A stretch of 64,000 nt of DNA from Nitrospira sp. (GCA_005116895.1 SWDO01000020.1:23791-87790), one strand, 5' to 3'. Shown: positions 9,029 to 18,775, numbered from the stretch's first letter. The notes: a model not told the origin generated them from the letters alone. Program-made: numbers and translations.

Positions 9029-10204
9029 TCAAAAACCTATCTTCTTGATCCGCTCGACCGCTTCCGCCAGCCGCTCTTTGGTCGTGCAGACCGTCATGCG
9101 GATATAGCCTTCGCCCGGTGCGCCGAAGCCGTTGCCTGGCGTCGTGACAATCCCAGCTTTTTCCAGCAAATGGGCCGTGAAGGACGCGGAGGTGTAGCCC
9201 TTCGGCACCGTCACCCAGATATAGAAGGCGGCGGGGGGCGCATCCACTTCCAATCCTAGCTGCTTGAGCCCCGGAATGAGCGTATCGCGGCGCTCTTGGT
9301 AGATCGTTCGGATACCGTCGGTGACGGACTCGTCCAGACCCAATGCTGTAATGCCCGCTTCCTGGACGGCCTCGAATACGCCTGAGTCCAACTGACTCTT
9401 CACCTTGCCCAGCGCAGCCAAGATCGTCATGTTGCCGACCACAAATCCGATACGCCAGCCGGTCATATTGTACGTTTTCGAGAGAGAGTGGAATTCGACG
9501 CCAACGTCTTTCGCACCCTCCACTTCCATAAAACTCACGGGGCGCTTGCCGTCGTAGTAGATTTCCGAGTAGGCCGCGTCATGGCAGATGATAATCTGAT
9601 TATCCTGTGCGAACGCGATGGCCCGCTTAAAGTAGTCCTTCGTCATAATCACGGACGTGGGATTATTCGGAGAATTCAACCACATCAGTTTGGCTTTCTT
9701 GGCCACATCCTTTGGGATCGCATTCAGATCCGGCAGGAATCCATTGGCTTTTGTCAGCGGCATGATGTGCGACACACCACCTGAAAAGCCGGTACCGACG
9801 GGATAGACCGGATAGCCGGGGCTGGGAACAAGCACGATATCGCCGGGATCCACAAAGGCAAGGTGGATATGCCCAATGCCCTCTTTTGAACCAATGAGGG
9901 TCAGGACCTCGTTGGTTGGATCAAGCGTTACATTAAACCGGCGCTTGTACCAACCAGCCACGGCTTTTCTGAACGACAGCATCCCTTCATAGGAGGGATA
10001 TTGGTGATGCGTGGGATCCTTAGCCGCTTTGGCCAAGCTATCGATGATCGGCGCAGGCGTCGGCAAATCAGGGTCGCCGATGCCAAGGTTGATGATATCC
10101 ACACCACGCGCGATGGCTTCTTGCTTCATTTTGTCGATGGCGGCAAACAAGTAAGGAGGCAGCGTCTTGATGCGTGCCGCAACTTCAATCGGGAAACCGG
10201 CCAT
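9029..10204 (-). CDS. dapL: LL-diaminopimelate aminotransferase (class I/II PLP enzyme)
   Basis: LPPYLFA, GIGDPD, LIGSKEGI, PNNPT, DAAYSE, EFHSLSKTYNMTGWRIG. Confidence 0.9.
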   Translation of the reverse strand: MAGFPIEVAARIKTLPPYLFAAIDKMKQEAIARGVDIINLGIGDPDLPTPAPIIDSLAKAAKDPTHHQYPSYEGMLSFRKAVAGWYKRRFNVTLDPTNEVLTLIGSKEGIGHIHLAFVDPGDIVLVPSPGYPVYPVGTGFSGGVSHIMPLTKANGFLPDLNAIPKDVAKKAKLMWLNSPNNPTSVIMTKDYFKRAIAFAQDNQIIICHDAAYSEIYYDGKRPVSFMEVEGAKDVGVEFHSLSKTYNMTGWRIGFVVGNMTILAALGKVKSQLDSGVFEAVQEAGITALGLDESVTDGIRTIYQERRDTLIPGLKQLGLEVDAPPAAFYIWVTVPKGYTSASFTAHLLEKAGIVTTPGNGFGAPGEGYIRMTVCTTKERLAEAVERIKKIGF

Positions 10205-10335
10205 TATGATCTTGCTCCTTTCGAGATGAGTTCACATATTGGAACGTGACAAGGTTAGAAAGTGCGGAGAAGAACCTTCTAATTGTTAGACGTTCAAGCT
10301 GAAGGCGTTAGGTTACTTCAGAGACGCGCCGGCAA

Positions 10336-11022
10336 TCAACGTGTAGGACGAAGAAGATGGCCAATGAGCCGATCAGCCATTTCATGGAGTTGCGGGAGTC
10401 GTGGCAGCGCGGTAGCCTTGATCTGTTGAGCGGCAAGACGCGCTTTCATCAAATCCGAGGCACATTCTCGGCACAACGAGTCAATACCGTCTTCTTCCAT
10501 TTCCACATGAAAGAGCAGGCCATAGGCGCGATCGCCATAACGAAATGCCTGGAGTGGCGCAATGTCCGATCCGGCCAAAGGCACACAGTCTTTTGGTAAA
10601 TCAAAGATCTCTCCGTGCCATTCAAAGACCTCAAAGGATTCCGGACCAGCCCCAAACACAGGGTCCGTTTTCCCCTCATCGGTCAACCGAACAGGCGTCA
10701 TACCGATTTCCAATGCCTTGCCTGATCGCACGGTGGCACCGAGTGCCTTCGCCATGAACTGGCTCCCAAGGCACACCCCGATCACCGGCTTACCGGCGAG
10801 AAGGGCAGATTTGATGAAGGCGGCCTCTTCGGCAATCCATGCGTCAGAGTCATTCACTGACATCGGCCCGCCCATGACAATCAGGAGATCCCCAGAATCC
10901 TTGGGCAACCCGTCTTGCGGGACCAGACAGGTCTCTAGGCTCACTCCGCGCGTTGTAAGAGCCGCTGCGAAAGCCCCTGGACCTTCGAAAGGAACATGTT
11001 GAAGACAGATGGCCTTAGTCAT
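10336..11022 (-). CDS. Class I glutamine amidotransferase-like protein
   Basis: QHVPFEGPG, MGGPMSV, GVCLGSQ (nucleophile Cys), FHVE (His-Glu). Confidence 0.9.
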   Translation of the reverse strand: MTKAICLQHVPFEGPGAFAAALTTRGVSLETCLVPQDGLPKDSGDLLIVMGGPMSVNDSDAWIAEEAAFIKSALLAGKPVIGVCLGSQFMAKALGATVRSGKALEIGMTPVRLTDEGKTDPVFGAGPESFEVFEWHGEIFDLPKDCVPLAGSDIAPLQAFRYGDRAYGLLFHVEMEEDGIDSLCRECASDLMKARLAAQQIKATALPRLPQLHEMADRLIGHLLRPTR

Positions 11023-11063
11023 ATACGCATCAGGATGAATGATCGTGACCGAGCGTCAGAACC

Positions 11064-11092
11064 TGGACTTTTGCTGGCTGGATACATACACT
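11064..11092 (+). promoter_or_regulatory. sigma70-type promoter, copy A (inside the 34-bp direct repeat 11062-11095)
   Basis: TGGACT-N17-TACACT upstream of the GH13 gene. Confidence 0.6.
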
Positions 11093-11150
11093 GTCCTCTA
11101 CAGACGCAGCAAGCAAAGAATCTCTCACCCGAACGCATGAGGGGTCTCAC

Positions 11151-13106
11151 ATGCCTACCCCCGCTGCTCAAGATCTCCTTAGTCAGCCAGTACCTCGGAA
11201 CCTCACGCACATCGCCTTGCCACGACGCGTAAAGTTTCACTCGTCGCCAGGAGACTGGCGCGACGAAGTTCTCTACTTTCTCCTCGTCGATCGATTCAGC
11301 GATGGGCGAGAAGCGTCACGGCCTCTCCTTGATCGTACCCGTCGTGCGGCATTTCGACCTCACGGGCACCACCGACAACCGTGGCGATGGGATCGCTGGG
11401 CCGAATCCGGCGCGCATCGGTGGCAAGGGGGAACGCTTAAAGGTGTGGAATCCAAGCTTGGGTATCTGCATGACCTCGGTATCACTGCGCTGTGGTTAAG
11501 CCCAGTATTTAAGCAGCGCGGTCACCTTAATACGTTTCATGGTTACGGCATTCAACATTTTTTAGATGTCGATCCTCGATTCGGCACGAGAAACGATCTA
11601 GTCGCCCTCGTCGATGCGGCGCATGCTCGTGGCATGCGGATCATCCTGGACATTATTTTCAATCATTCCGGGTTCAATTGGGTCTATCAGGGAGGGGCCA
11701 AGGAACCTGTCTACAAACCGTTTCCGGATCGCTACCCATTCGGTTCATGGCTGGGCCGGAGCGGGGAAGAAATCGGTAACCATGTGGATGACCATGAGGC
11801 CGGAGTCTGGCCGGCTGAGATGCAGGCCATCGATTCCTATACTCGGGCAGGCGTTGGAAATCTCGGGGGCGGCAGCCTGGACGATCCGAATGCGGAGCAC
11901 AAGCGAACGGACTTTTTCACGCTACGGGATTTCTCGCTCAGTGCGCCGGGTGTCCTTGATCATCTGGCAGCTTGTTATCGCTACTGGATTACCCTGACGG
12001 ATTGCGATGGTTTCCGCATTGATACGTTGAAACATGTGTCCTACGAGGAGGGGCGAAATTTCTGCGGTGCCATCAAGGAGTTCTCTGCGAATCTTGGCAA
12101 GACTAACTTTTTGCTCGTTGGGGAAGTCGCGGGGGGTGATTTTGCGCAAGATCGCTACCTCGATGTGCTTGGACGCAATCTTGATGCCGCCCTCGATATC
12201 GGCGGGATGCGGATGACGCTTCAGAATGTGGCGAAGGGGCTAGCCCCTCCGCAGACCTACTTCGATGGCTTCGATGCCGGCAAAGCGGAGATGGGATCGC
12301 ATCGGAATATCGGTCAGCGGCATGTTTCCATCCTGGATGATCACGACCATGTGTTTGGTCACAAGATCCGCTTCTCCAGCGAAGCAGCCTCGGAGGAACA
12401 GGTTGTCGCCGGCGTCGCACTGCAGCTCTTTACGCTGGGTATCCCCTGCATCTACTACGGAACAGAGCAGTCATTTGCCGGGCCGGAGGAGTCGGAGCGC
12501 CGATTTCTTCCCGGTTGGAAGGGTGGTGACCATGCCGATCGGTACCTGCGCGAAGCCATGTTCGGCCCGGAGCATCCTCGGGCTTCCGGGCTTGCAGGCT
12601 TGACAGCAACCAATGGACTGGACCGAACCCTGCCGGGATTCGGACCGTTCGGAACGGCAGGCGCCCACTGCTTCGATCCACACTTTCACGCCTACCGCCG
12701 GCTTGCAGCCCTTGCTGCCATTCGCCAACGCTTTCCGGTGCTGCGCGTAGGGCGGCAATATTTACGACCGATCTCGCTATTCGACGGGCCATTCTTGCTT
12801 CGAGAGTCTGGAGAACTTGTCGCATGGTCAAGAATTCTCAGTGATGAAGAGGCCTTGTGCATTGTCAACGCCCATGGGACTCAGATACGTGGTGGTGATG
12901 TAATGGCAGACGCAGATCTCAACCAGCCTGACATGGCATTTACTGTCGTAGCGAATAGCATGGAGGCTGGGGCTGGAACAACTGCTGGGATTGCCCATCC
13001 GGTTGGCTCACAGCTCTCGATCAAGCGGCGCTCCGACGGTACCGCCTTCGTAGAGATCCGTAATCTCGCACCGTCTGCCGTCATCGTGGCGGTCAATCAT
13101 CCGTAG
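11151..13106 (+). CDS. Alpha-amylase family glycoside hydrolase (GH13)
   Basis: YFLLVDRFSDG, GGTLKG, FHGYG, DIIFNH; catalytic GFRIDTLKH, GEV, LDDHD; GIPCIYYGTEQ. Confidence 0.93.
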   Translation: MPTPAAQDLLSQPVPRNLTHIALPRRVKFHSSPGDWRDEVLYFLLVDRFSDGREASRPLLDRTRRAAFRPHGHHRQPWRWDRWAESGAHRWQGGTLKGVESKLGYLHDLGITALWLSPVFKQRGHLNTFHGYGIQHFLDVDPRFGTRNDLVALVDAAHARGMRIILDIIFNHSGFNWVYQGGAKEPVYKPFPDRYPFGSWLGRSGEEIGNHVDDHEAGVWPAEMQAIDSYTRAGVGNLGGGSLDDPNAEHKRTDFFTLRDFSLSAPGVLDHLAACYRYWITLTDCDGFRIDTLKHVSYEEGRNFCGAIKEFSANLGKTNFLLVGEVAGGDFAQDRYLDVLGRNLDAALDIGGMRMTLQNVAKGLAPPQTYFDGFDAGKAEMGSHRNIGQRHVSILDDHDHVFGHKIRFSSEAASEEQVVAGVALQLFTLGIPCIYYGTEQSFAGPEESERRFLPGWKGGDHADRYLREAMFGPEHPRASGLAGLTATNGLDRTLPGFGPFGTAGAHCFDPHFHAYRRLAALAAIRQRFPVLRVGRQYLRPISLFDGPFLLRESGELVAWSRILSDEEALCIVNAHGTQIRGGDVMADADLNQPDMAFTVVANSMEAGAGTTAGIAHPVGSQLSIKRRSDGTAFVEIRNLAPSAVIVAVNHP

Positions 13107-13197
13107 GCGGGATGGCCTTCGAAGTAAATATATTGGGAACAGCCAATCTTTGGACGTCTGCTTGACCTGAGGCAAGTGAAACAAAAAGGCTCTAGCC

Positions 13198-13226
13198 TGG
13201 ACTTTCGCCTGAGGGATACATACACT
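13198..13226 (+). promoter_or_regulatory. sigma70-type promoter, copy B (inside the 34-bp direct repeat 13196-13229)
   Basis: TGGACT-N17-TACACT upstream of hicB; the two 34-bp repeats match at 29/34 positions. Confidence 0.6.
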
Positions 13227-13298
13227 GTCTTCAGCTCGGCTCCAAGTGTAGGCTATTTTGCACGGGTAGCCACGACAGATTCTCAGAAAGAGGTTAGC

Positions 13299-13496
13299 AT
13301 GAAGTACCGTATTGCCCTGCACAAGTCGGAGGAAGGTTTTGCGGTTTCGGTTCCTGGACTTCCTGGATGCTGGTCCCAAGGTGCATCGGAACAGGAGGCC
13401 ATTCAGAATATCCAGGATGCTATCCGCGAATACTTGTCCGTCGTTGAGGATGAGACCCGAGGTCAAGACGTGCGCGAGATCGAAGTCGCGGTGTAG
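13299..13496 (+). CDS. hicB: HicB family antitoxin (short form, no DNA-binding domain)
   Basis: MKYRIALHKSEEGFAVSVPGLPGCWSQGASEQEAIQNIQDAIREYL; SD GAGG before ATG 13299. Confidence 0.9.
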   Translation: MKYRIALHKSEEGFAVSVPGLPGCWSQGASEQEAIQNIQDAIREYLSVVEDETRGQDVREIEVAV

Positions 13497-13498
13497 CG

Positions 13499-13711
13499 TT
13501 GCCAAAGATTCCCAGAGTCAATCACCTCGCTGCCGTGCGAGCCCTGGAAAAGGCAGGCTTTCATGTCGCCCGTCAAGGAAAGCATATCGTGATGAGCAAT
13601 GGACAACGCATCCTCACCATCCCTCGCCACAATCCAGTCAATGCGATCACTATGGGTGGGATCGTTCGTGACGCTGGCCTGACTGTTGATGAGTTCAGAG
13701 CCCTGCTATAG
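13499..13711 (+). CDS. hicA: HicA family mRNA interferase toxin
   Basis: ALEKAGF..RQGKHIVM, LTIPRH, GIVRDAGLTVDEF; directly after hicB. Confidence 0.9.
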   Translation: MPKIPRVNHLAAVRALEKAGFHVARQGKHIVMSNGQRILTIPRHNPVNAITMGGIVRDAGLTVDEFRALL

Positions 13712-13838
13712 CTCCTTCTCAGACTCAGATTCTCCCCTCACAGGCATCAAACCACACATCGCGATCAGCAGTTCCTCTACATCGTTCAACAGGCCATCCT
13801 GCAAGACAAGGAAGTGCGGAAGATTAACACCGCGCACA

Positions 13839-13867
13839 TTGACACCTTTCAACTATGGAGCTAGCCT
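13839..13867 (+). promoter_or_regulatory. sigma70-type promoter for the HEPN gene
   Basis: TTGACA-N17-TAGCCT about 70 nt upstream of GTG 13936. Confidence 0.55.
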
Positions 13868-13935
13868 TGGACTATCCGATCTCATAATCTATGAGAGACG
13901 ACAACTTTGAGCGCGCCAGCTGAAGTGAGGCCTAC

Positions 13936-14741
13936 GTGAAACCAAAGAATGGATTTGATGCTGCCATGGCGCGAGTGGATCACCTATTGAATCTTTACGA
14001 CATTCTTCATAACACCCGTACTCGTCAAATCCGAAGTGATTGGGCAACCAAGTTTCTTGATCTAATGCACTGGCCCAAAGGGGAAGCAATCGTTCGCGTT
14101 AATGGAAAGGATAAGAACAGCCTCCTCATTCTGAGGCCACCACTACAACTTGACCATACACGTTTTAGTCACGACTACCTCTCTGAGCTTCTTCGCAGTG
14201 CAGTTGTTGCTACCGTATCGGCACTTGATCGGTACGTCCATGATCTCGTGCTTCATCATTCATGGGCACTCCTCAGCCGATCGGAAAAAGCAATCCCCCC
14301 CCCGAACTAAAGAAATTATCACTCCCTATTCTTGCTACTAAAAACGCACTAGAAAAATTGAGAGGTGATCCTAAGGCTCGACCAGGGCATCTGGTGAAAG
14401 CTGCGCTGCAAACCCACCTGCACAGAGATCACACGTTTCAACGTCCGGCCGACGTTGCAAAGGCTGCGCAGATGCTCGGGGTAAAGAATTTTTGGAGCAG
14501 TGTTGCGGAGCAGATGCCCGACAGTCCTGATAAGGGAAAAGTTACTGACATACTCAGCACCATCGCCAACAGACGCAATCAAATAGTGCATGAGGCGGAC
14601 ATGGTCCGCAAGACAAGAGCGAAGAAGATTACTTTGAGAGAAATCGCTCGCTCAACGGCACAAGAATGGTGCGATTGGACTCGTTCGCTTGTTGAAGCGA
14701 TCGACAAGGTTGTGGATGTTTCCGTCTCAACGATCCCCTGA
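13936..14741 (+). pseudogene. HEPN-domain RNase (RiboL-PSP-HEPN-like), frameshifted at a C9 tract (14295-14303)
   Basis: ORF1 has LLRSAVVATVSALDRYVHD and ORF2 has the HEPN motif RRNQIVH(EAD); the frames join if C9 becomes C7 or C10. Confidence 0.8.
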
Positions 14742-14769
14742 GACTGCGTGGGTCTTCATTCTTCCTTAC

Positions 14770-14833
14770 CTCTATATTGTCAGCCCTTTATATTGTCAGC
14801 CCTCTATATTGTCAGCCCTTTATATTGTCAGCC
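14770..14833 (+). repeat. Tandem repeat, 4 x 16 bp CT[C/T]TATATTGTCAGCC
   Basis: Four contiguous units alternating CTCT and CTTT, equivalent to 2 x 32 bp. Confidence 0.95.
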
Positions 14834-15323
14834 CTTCGTGTTATCTGCAGGGACATCGACTCTCTAATAGTTGACGCCATCGTCAATGCGGCCAATGCTT
14901 CTCTACTCCTCGTCGGTGAGGTATACGAGGTGCCATTCATCGTGTCGCTTGACCGGAACTGGTACAGAAATGTCACCTGCTAGACGAATGCCAAACCGGC
15001 GATGCGAAGCTGACGAGAGGCTATCGCTTGCCTGCTCGATACGTGATCCATGCCGTCGGACCGGTCTGGACGGGTGGGAACAATGGCGAACCGGCGCAAC
15101 TCGCTTCCTGTTATCGCCGCAGTCTTGAGATCGCAGCCAAAATAGAACTCAGACCATCGCCTTTCCTAGCATCTACGGCTATCCCATCGAGCTTGCTGCC
15201 AACGTGGCGATCGACTCAGTCCGTACCACTATGGCCGGCCTTTCGTCGGTCTATGAAGTGACATGTTGTTGTTTTTCTGCAAATGACTTGATGGTGTACC
15301 AAAAGTACCTCGCTCGGGCCTGA
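14825..15323 (+). pseudogene. Macrodomain O-acetyl-ADP-ribose deacetylase (YmdB-like) pseudogene
   Basis: VDAIVNAANASLL, frameshift, GAIHRVA*PEL (in-frame TGA), [33 protein letters not shown], further frameshifts, then [10 protein letters not shown]. Confidence 0.85.
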
Positions 15324-15391
15324 CGATAGAACTCGCCGCTCCCCCATTTCCGTCTTTAGCCCTTCCGTCGACCGACCGACAAGTACATATC

Positions 15392-16270
15392 ATGGCTCTT
15401 CTAGCAGCCGATGTAGACCCCACAATGTGCGATGTCCCTTTGACTCGCCAAGACATTACTCTGGATACCCTTCCTCGTTGCTCGTTTCAGCAGAGGGTAC
15501 GCTCACACTATCACGCATTCTGGTACCACCTTGGGGAACGATTCGCCTGGTCTCGAGGAGCGTATCGTGAGCGACCGGTCAGACGGCTTTCTCAACTGAG
15601 CGGCATTCAGCAAGCACGTATCGCCTCGCTCCAACGACGCTTCCGTGTCGGATTCGAACAGCAGGCGGAACAGTCGACAGCCCTGAAGCAATACGACTAT
15701 CTTGAGGTGCTGGAAAGAGCCTGGTCGGCGCTTGGCTTACCCTATTCAGTAGGTGGAGCCGTTCAGGATATGGGGTCGAGTAACTTCTGGTATGCGGCCG
15801 CCTTGCATGCGTTTTTTCAGCCATCGGAACTGGTCGGTGTTGAAGTGGAAGGGTACCGGATCTACACCAATGGGTATAGTCGCCTCGACTATGCCCATGG
15901 CTATATCCAAAACCTGCCACATACACAGTTCATCGTCGGCGACTATGCCGGCTATGATCATCCGGCTGATGTTGTCACCGCATGGTATCCCTTCGTGACG
16001 CCGGACCCTGTGCTGGCCTGGCGGATGCCGCTCTCAGTGTTAGCACCGCACGCATTGTTTGCTCGGGTAGCCCGCAATCTCACCCCTCACGGTTTGTTTG
16101 TCATGGTCAACCAAAGCCGGAACGAAGCGGCAATCGCTGCGGCCTGGTGCGAGAAGGTTGGCCTCGTACGGTACGGTTCCTGCGAGGTCAGAACCCTGTT
16201 GCGTTCTCGGCGTCCTGCTGTGGTATCGTGCTGGACGAGCGCACACGCGTCGCATACATCTTCATGCTAG
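15392..16270 (+). CDS. Hypothetical protein, possibly a SAM-methyltransferase fold
   Basis: Long ORF with DMGSSNFWY and GVEVEG resembling motifs I and II; start uncertain. Confidence 0.65.
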   Translation: MALLAADVDPTMCDVPLTRQDITLDTLPRCSFQQRVRSHYHAFWYHLGERFAWSRGAYRERPVRRLSQLSGIQQARIASLQRRFRVGFEQQAEQSTALKQYDYLEVLERAWSALGLPYSVGGAVQDMGSSNFWYAAALHAFFQPSELVGVEVEGYRIYTNGYSRLDYAHGYIQNLPHTQFIVGDYAGYDHPADVVTAWYPFVTPDPVLAWRMPLSVLAPHALFARVARNLTPHGLFVMVNQSRNEAAIAAAWCEKVGLVRYGSCEVRTLLRSRRPAVVSCWTSAHASHTSSC

Positions 16271-16286
16271 AACTAGAATTTGCCAC

Positions 16287-17105
16287 ATGAAGCACTCCAT
16301 CAAGAGCACGGAAGACCTTCGGTGGTTCATCGGGCATACGGGCGGTTTTCGCTCAGGCTATGTGACCGACCTGCAGATTTCCAAACGCCGCCTCTTCGAC
16401 GAAGGCTCTATACGGGAAGTACCGGCCGGTACGACCATCTCGCTCATGATCCGTTATGAAGTTCGCGGATACGTCCGGGTGGCCAAGCTCACGATGACCG
16501 GCGTCACGGATTTCTCCGTCTTCGAACAAGATGGGACTGATTGTTCATCCCTTGGCGTGATCCAGACGGATTTCAATGCGGGGAAAATGCGCTTCTGGTT
16601 CGATCCCCAGGGAGAACTCTACGTGGTGTGCGATGAGGCTGCGCTGGATGAAATCGCCACGCCGTTCGTGACGGCTGATCAGGCGGCCGAATTCGCTCGA
16701 TGGATATTCCAGGGCCGAGCTGCCGAAGGCCCCACGGTGGAATGGCTGTTACACGAACTGGATCGAGCCGGTCTGCCGTGCGCGTGGCGTGAGACGACGC
16801 GGGCGGTCGCGGTGCATCCGGCGGTGCAGTGGGAGGGCGATCTGATTCCGGCAGGCGAACCTACGGCCAGCGAGGAGCATAGGGTCCACGTCCTGGGCTA
16901 TGGTCCACTGGAGGGGCAAGGCTTTGGTCTGATGCTGCGGGTGATGGGGATTCAGGATCGACGGATGAGCCGGATCCTGGAAGCGCTGGCTGATCAAATC
17001 ACTCAACAGTTCGTCGGTGACTGTCTCGTCGGCACAACGATCATCCCAGGTCGTGAATGGGAGGGATGGTTGATTCGGGAACTCCAGACACGACACAGTC
17101 GATAA
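16287..17105 (+). CDS. Hypothetical protein
   Basis: Long ORF with natural composition from ATG 16287, just after the upstream stop. Confidence 0.7.
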   Translation: MKHSIKSTEDLRWFIGHTGGFRSGYVTDLQISKRRLFDEGSIREVPAGTTISLMIRYEVRGYVRVAKLTMTGVTDFSVFEQDGTDCSSLGVIQTDFNAGKMRFWFDPQGELYVVCDEAALDEIATPFVTADQAAEFARWIFQGRAAEGPTVEWLLHELDRAGLPCAWRETTRAVAVHPAVQWEGDLIPAGEPTASEEHRVHVLGYGPLEGQGFGLMLRVMGIQDRRMSRILEALADQITQQFVGDCLVGTTIIPGREWEGWLIRELQTRHSR

Positions 17106-17128
17106 GCCGCGATGAGGGGGAACGCTGA

Positions 17129-17866
17129 TTAGTGCGCGTGCTCGGGGGAGTAACGCCCGTTGCCGTTCCCATTTGCAAAACCGGCTGCACCGTTGCCGTT
17201 CACATACCCTGTAACAGAGTGGGACGCACCACTCCCATTTGTTTGCTGGTCCTTGCCGTTGATGCACTCCACCAAGGCCCAAAGCCGTAATGGGTTCACG
17301 CGTTGATTCCGAGCGATGCGGAGCGACGTCCCTTCCAACACGGTATTGAGGGACAGATCCGTCCGCCAGCCCAGGTGCTTGGTCAGCGGGGAAATCACTT
17401 TTTCGACGGCTGCAATCACCTTGTTCCCGTTGCTGAAGTGGTTGAGCATGATAATCCGGCCACCGGGACGGCAGACCCGAATCATCTCACTGACCACCGT
17501 CCGATAGTCCGGCACCGCCGTGACAACATAGGCCGCCACAACCGTATCAAAGCTGTCATCCTCGAATTTCATCGCGCCTGCATCCATGCGGTGCAGCTGG
17601 ACGTGATCGAGGCTATGCGCCTCCGCCTTTTCCTTTGCTTTGGCGAGCATCCCTTCGGACACGTCGATCCCAACAATCCGGCAATGGCGAGGATACATGG
17701 GAAGGGCGAGTCCAGTCCCCACACCGACTTCAAGAACCTGTTCGTTGGGCTGCACATTCAGATTACGAATGGCCGACTCACGCCCTTCGTGGAAGACTTT
17801 TCCAAAAACCTTGTCGTAGAACCCCGCGTAGTTCGTGTAGACACGCTCAATCTTGTTGGGATCCAT
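17129..17866 (-). CDS. Class I SAM methyltransferase (PmtA-like phospholipid N-methyltransferase)
   Basis: YAGFYDKVFG, LEVGVGTG, GIDVSEGML, YVVTAVPD, RVCRPGG, LNHF. Confidence 0.85.
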   Translation of the reverse strand: MDPNKIERVYTNYAGFYDKVFGKVFHEGRESAIRNLNVQPNEQVLEVGVGTGLALPMYPRHCRIVGIDVSEGMLAKAKEKAEAHSLDHVQLHRMDAGAMKFEDDSFDTVVAAYVVTAVPDYRTVVSEMIRVCRPGGRIIMLNHFSNGNKVIAAVEKVISPLTKHLGWRTDLSLNTVLEGTSLRIARNQRVNPLRLWALVECINGKDQQTNGSGASHSVTGYVNGNGAAGFANGNGNGRYSPEHAH

Positions 17867-18124
17867 GCCTCCTCCAGACTTGAAACGATCGACTATCTGA
17901 GAGCCCTGACCCTGCAGGGCTCACAACCTGCTCTGTCAACGCGGGTAAAAATAAAGGCAGGGCATGACGTGGTGCCAAAGCCAGCCATGGAACGTAATGG
18001 CGGGTAATGTAGCCAACTCATCTTCTTGAGTCAACAGCTTCTTGCGTGAGGCGAGAAAGAAATACCATCGTAGGGTCGCCGAAAGAAAATGAATCCTGAC
18101 CGGTCCTCTTCGCCTTGATTCGCG

Positions 18125-18775
18125 TTGAGTTCCTATGGGATAGCTACATGTATGATGCTGGCCGGCCTTTTCGCAGGAATCTTGTTTATCGGATTGGTCG
18201 TCGGTGATTGGCTCTATTTTATTCGGCTGACCCCGGACGCCATTCGGTACGGGTGTCGTGTCGCGAACACTCCAGACCAGTGGCCTGGAGCCGCACTCAC
18301 AACCCTCGGCGGTCGGTTCACTCCCGAGGGCGTGCTGATGCTCCCGCATGGAGTGGCCTGGTTTTACCCACAGCTCTCCCTAATTGCAATCCGCCCCCAG
18401 TATCGATTGTTCTCCAGACGGTTCCGGACCGCCTGGCCGGTGAAAGGGCTGATTCATCTTTCACAACAGGACGGATCGTTGAACACGTTGTGCGTGAAGC
18501 GGATGCCATGGTCATCAGCCATCATCACGCTCCTATGGTTTACGCTCGTCTTGATTGGGTCCCTGACCTTCGTGGTACAGTATGCTCTGGATGGAGGATT
18601 CGCTTCGCTTGGGGGAACCCTCACGGGCGTGGCGGTCATGGCCCTCGCTGCCCTTGTGTTGGCATTCGGACTCGTCACGATAGCCCTTGCGTATCGGCTT
18701 GAAGACAGCCGCCTCATGAAAGTCTATGACGAGTTGCGAGCTGCCGTCGCGCTCCCCATTTCCTCCTCTTCCTAG
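18125..18775 (+). CDS. Hypothetical membrane protein (about 3 TM helices)
   Basis: Three hydrophobic segments in a 216-aa ORF. Confidence 0.7.
   Translation: MSSYGIATCMMLAGLFAGILFIGLVVGDWLYFIRLTPDAIRYGCRVANTPDQWPGAALTTLGGRFTPEGVLMLPHGVAWFYPQLSLIAIRPQYRLFSRRFRTAWPVKGLIHLSQQDGSLNTLCVKRMPWSSAIITLLWFTLVLIGSLTFVVQYALDGGFASLGGTLTGVAVMALAALVLAFGLVTIALAYRLEDSRLMKVYDELRAAVALPISSSS

Noticed and set aside
14770-14833. 16-bp repeats as a CRISPR array or a stacked promoter
   Set aside because: The units are contiguous with no spacers and no cas genes nearby. TTGTCA and TATATT are separated by 6 or 22 nt, not about 17.
17129-17260. Asn-Gly-rich tail of the PmtA-like methyltransferase (NGNGAAGFANGNGNG)
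   Set aside because: It is a low-complexity disordered tail with no evidence of a separate function.
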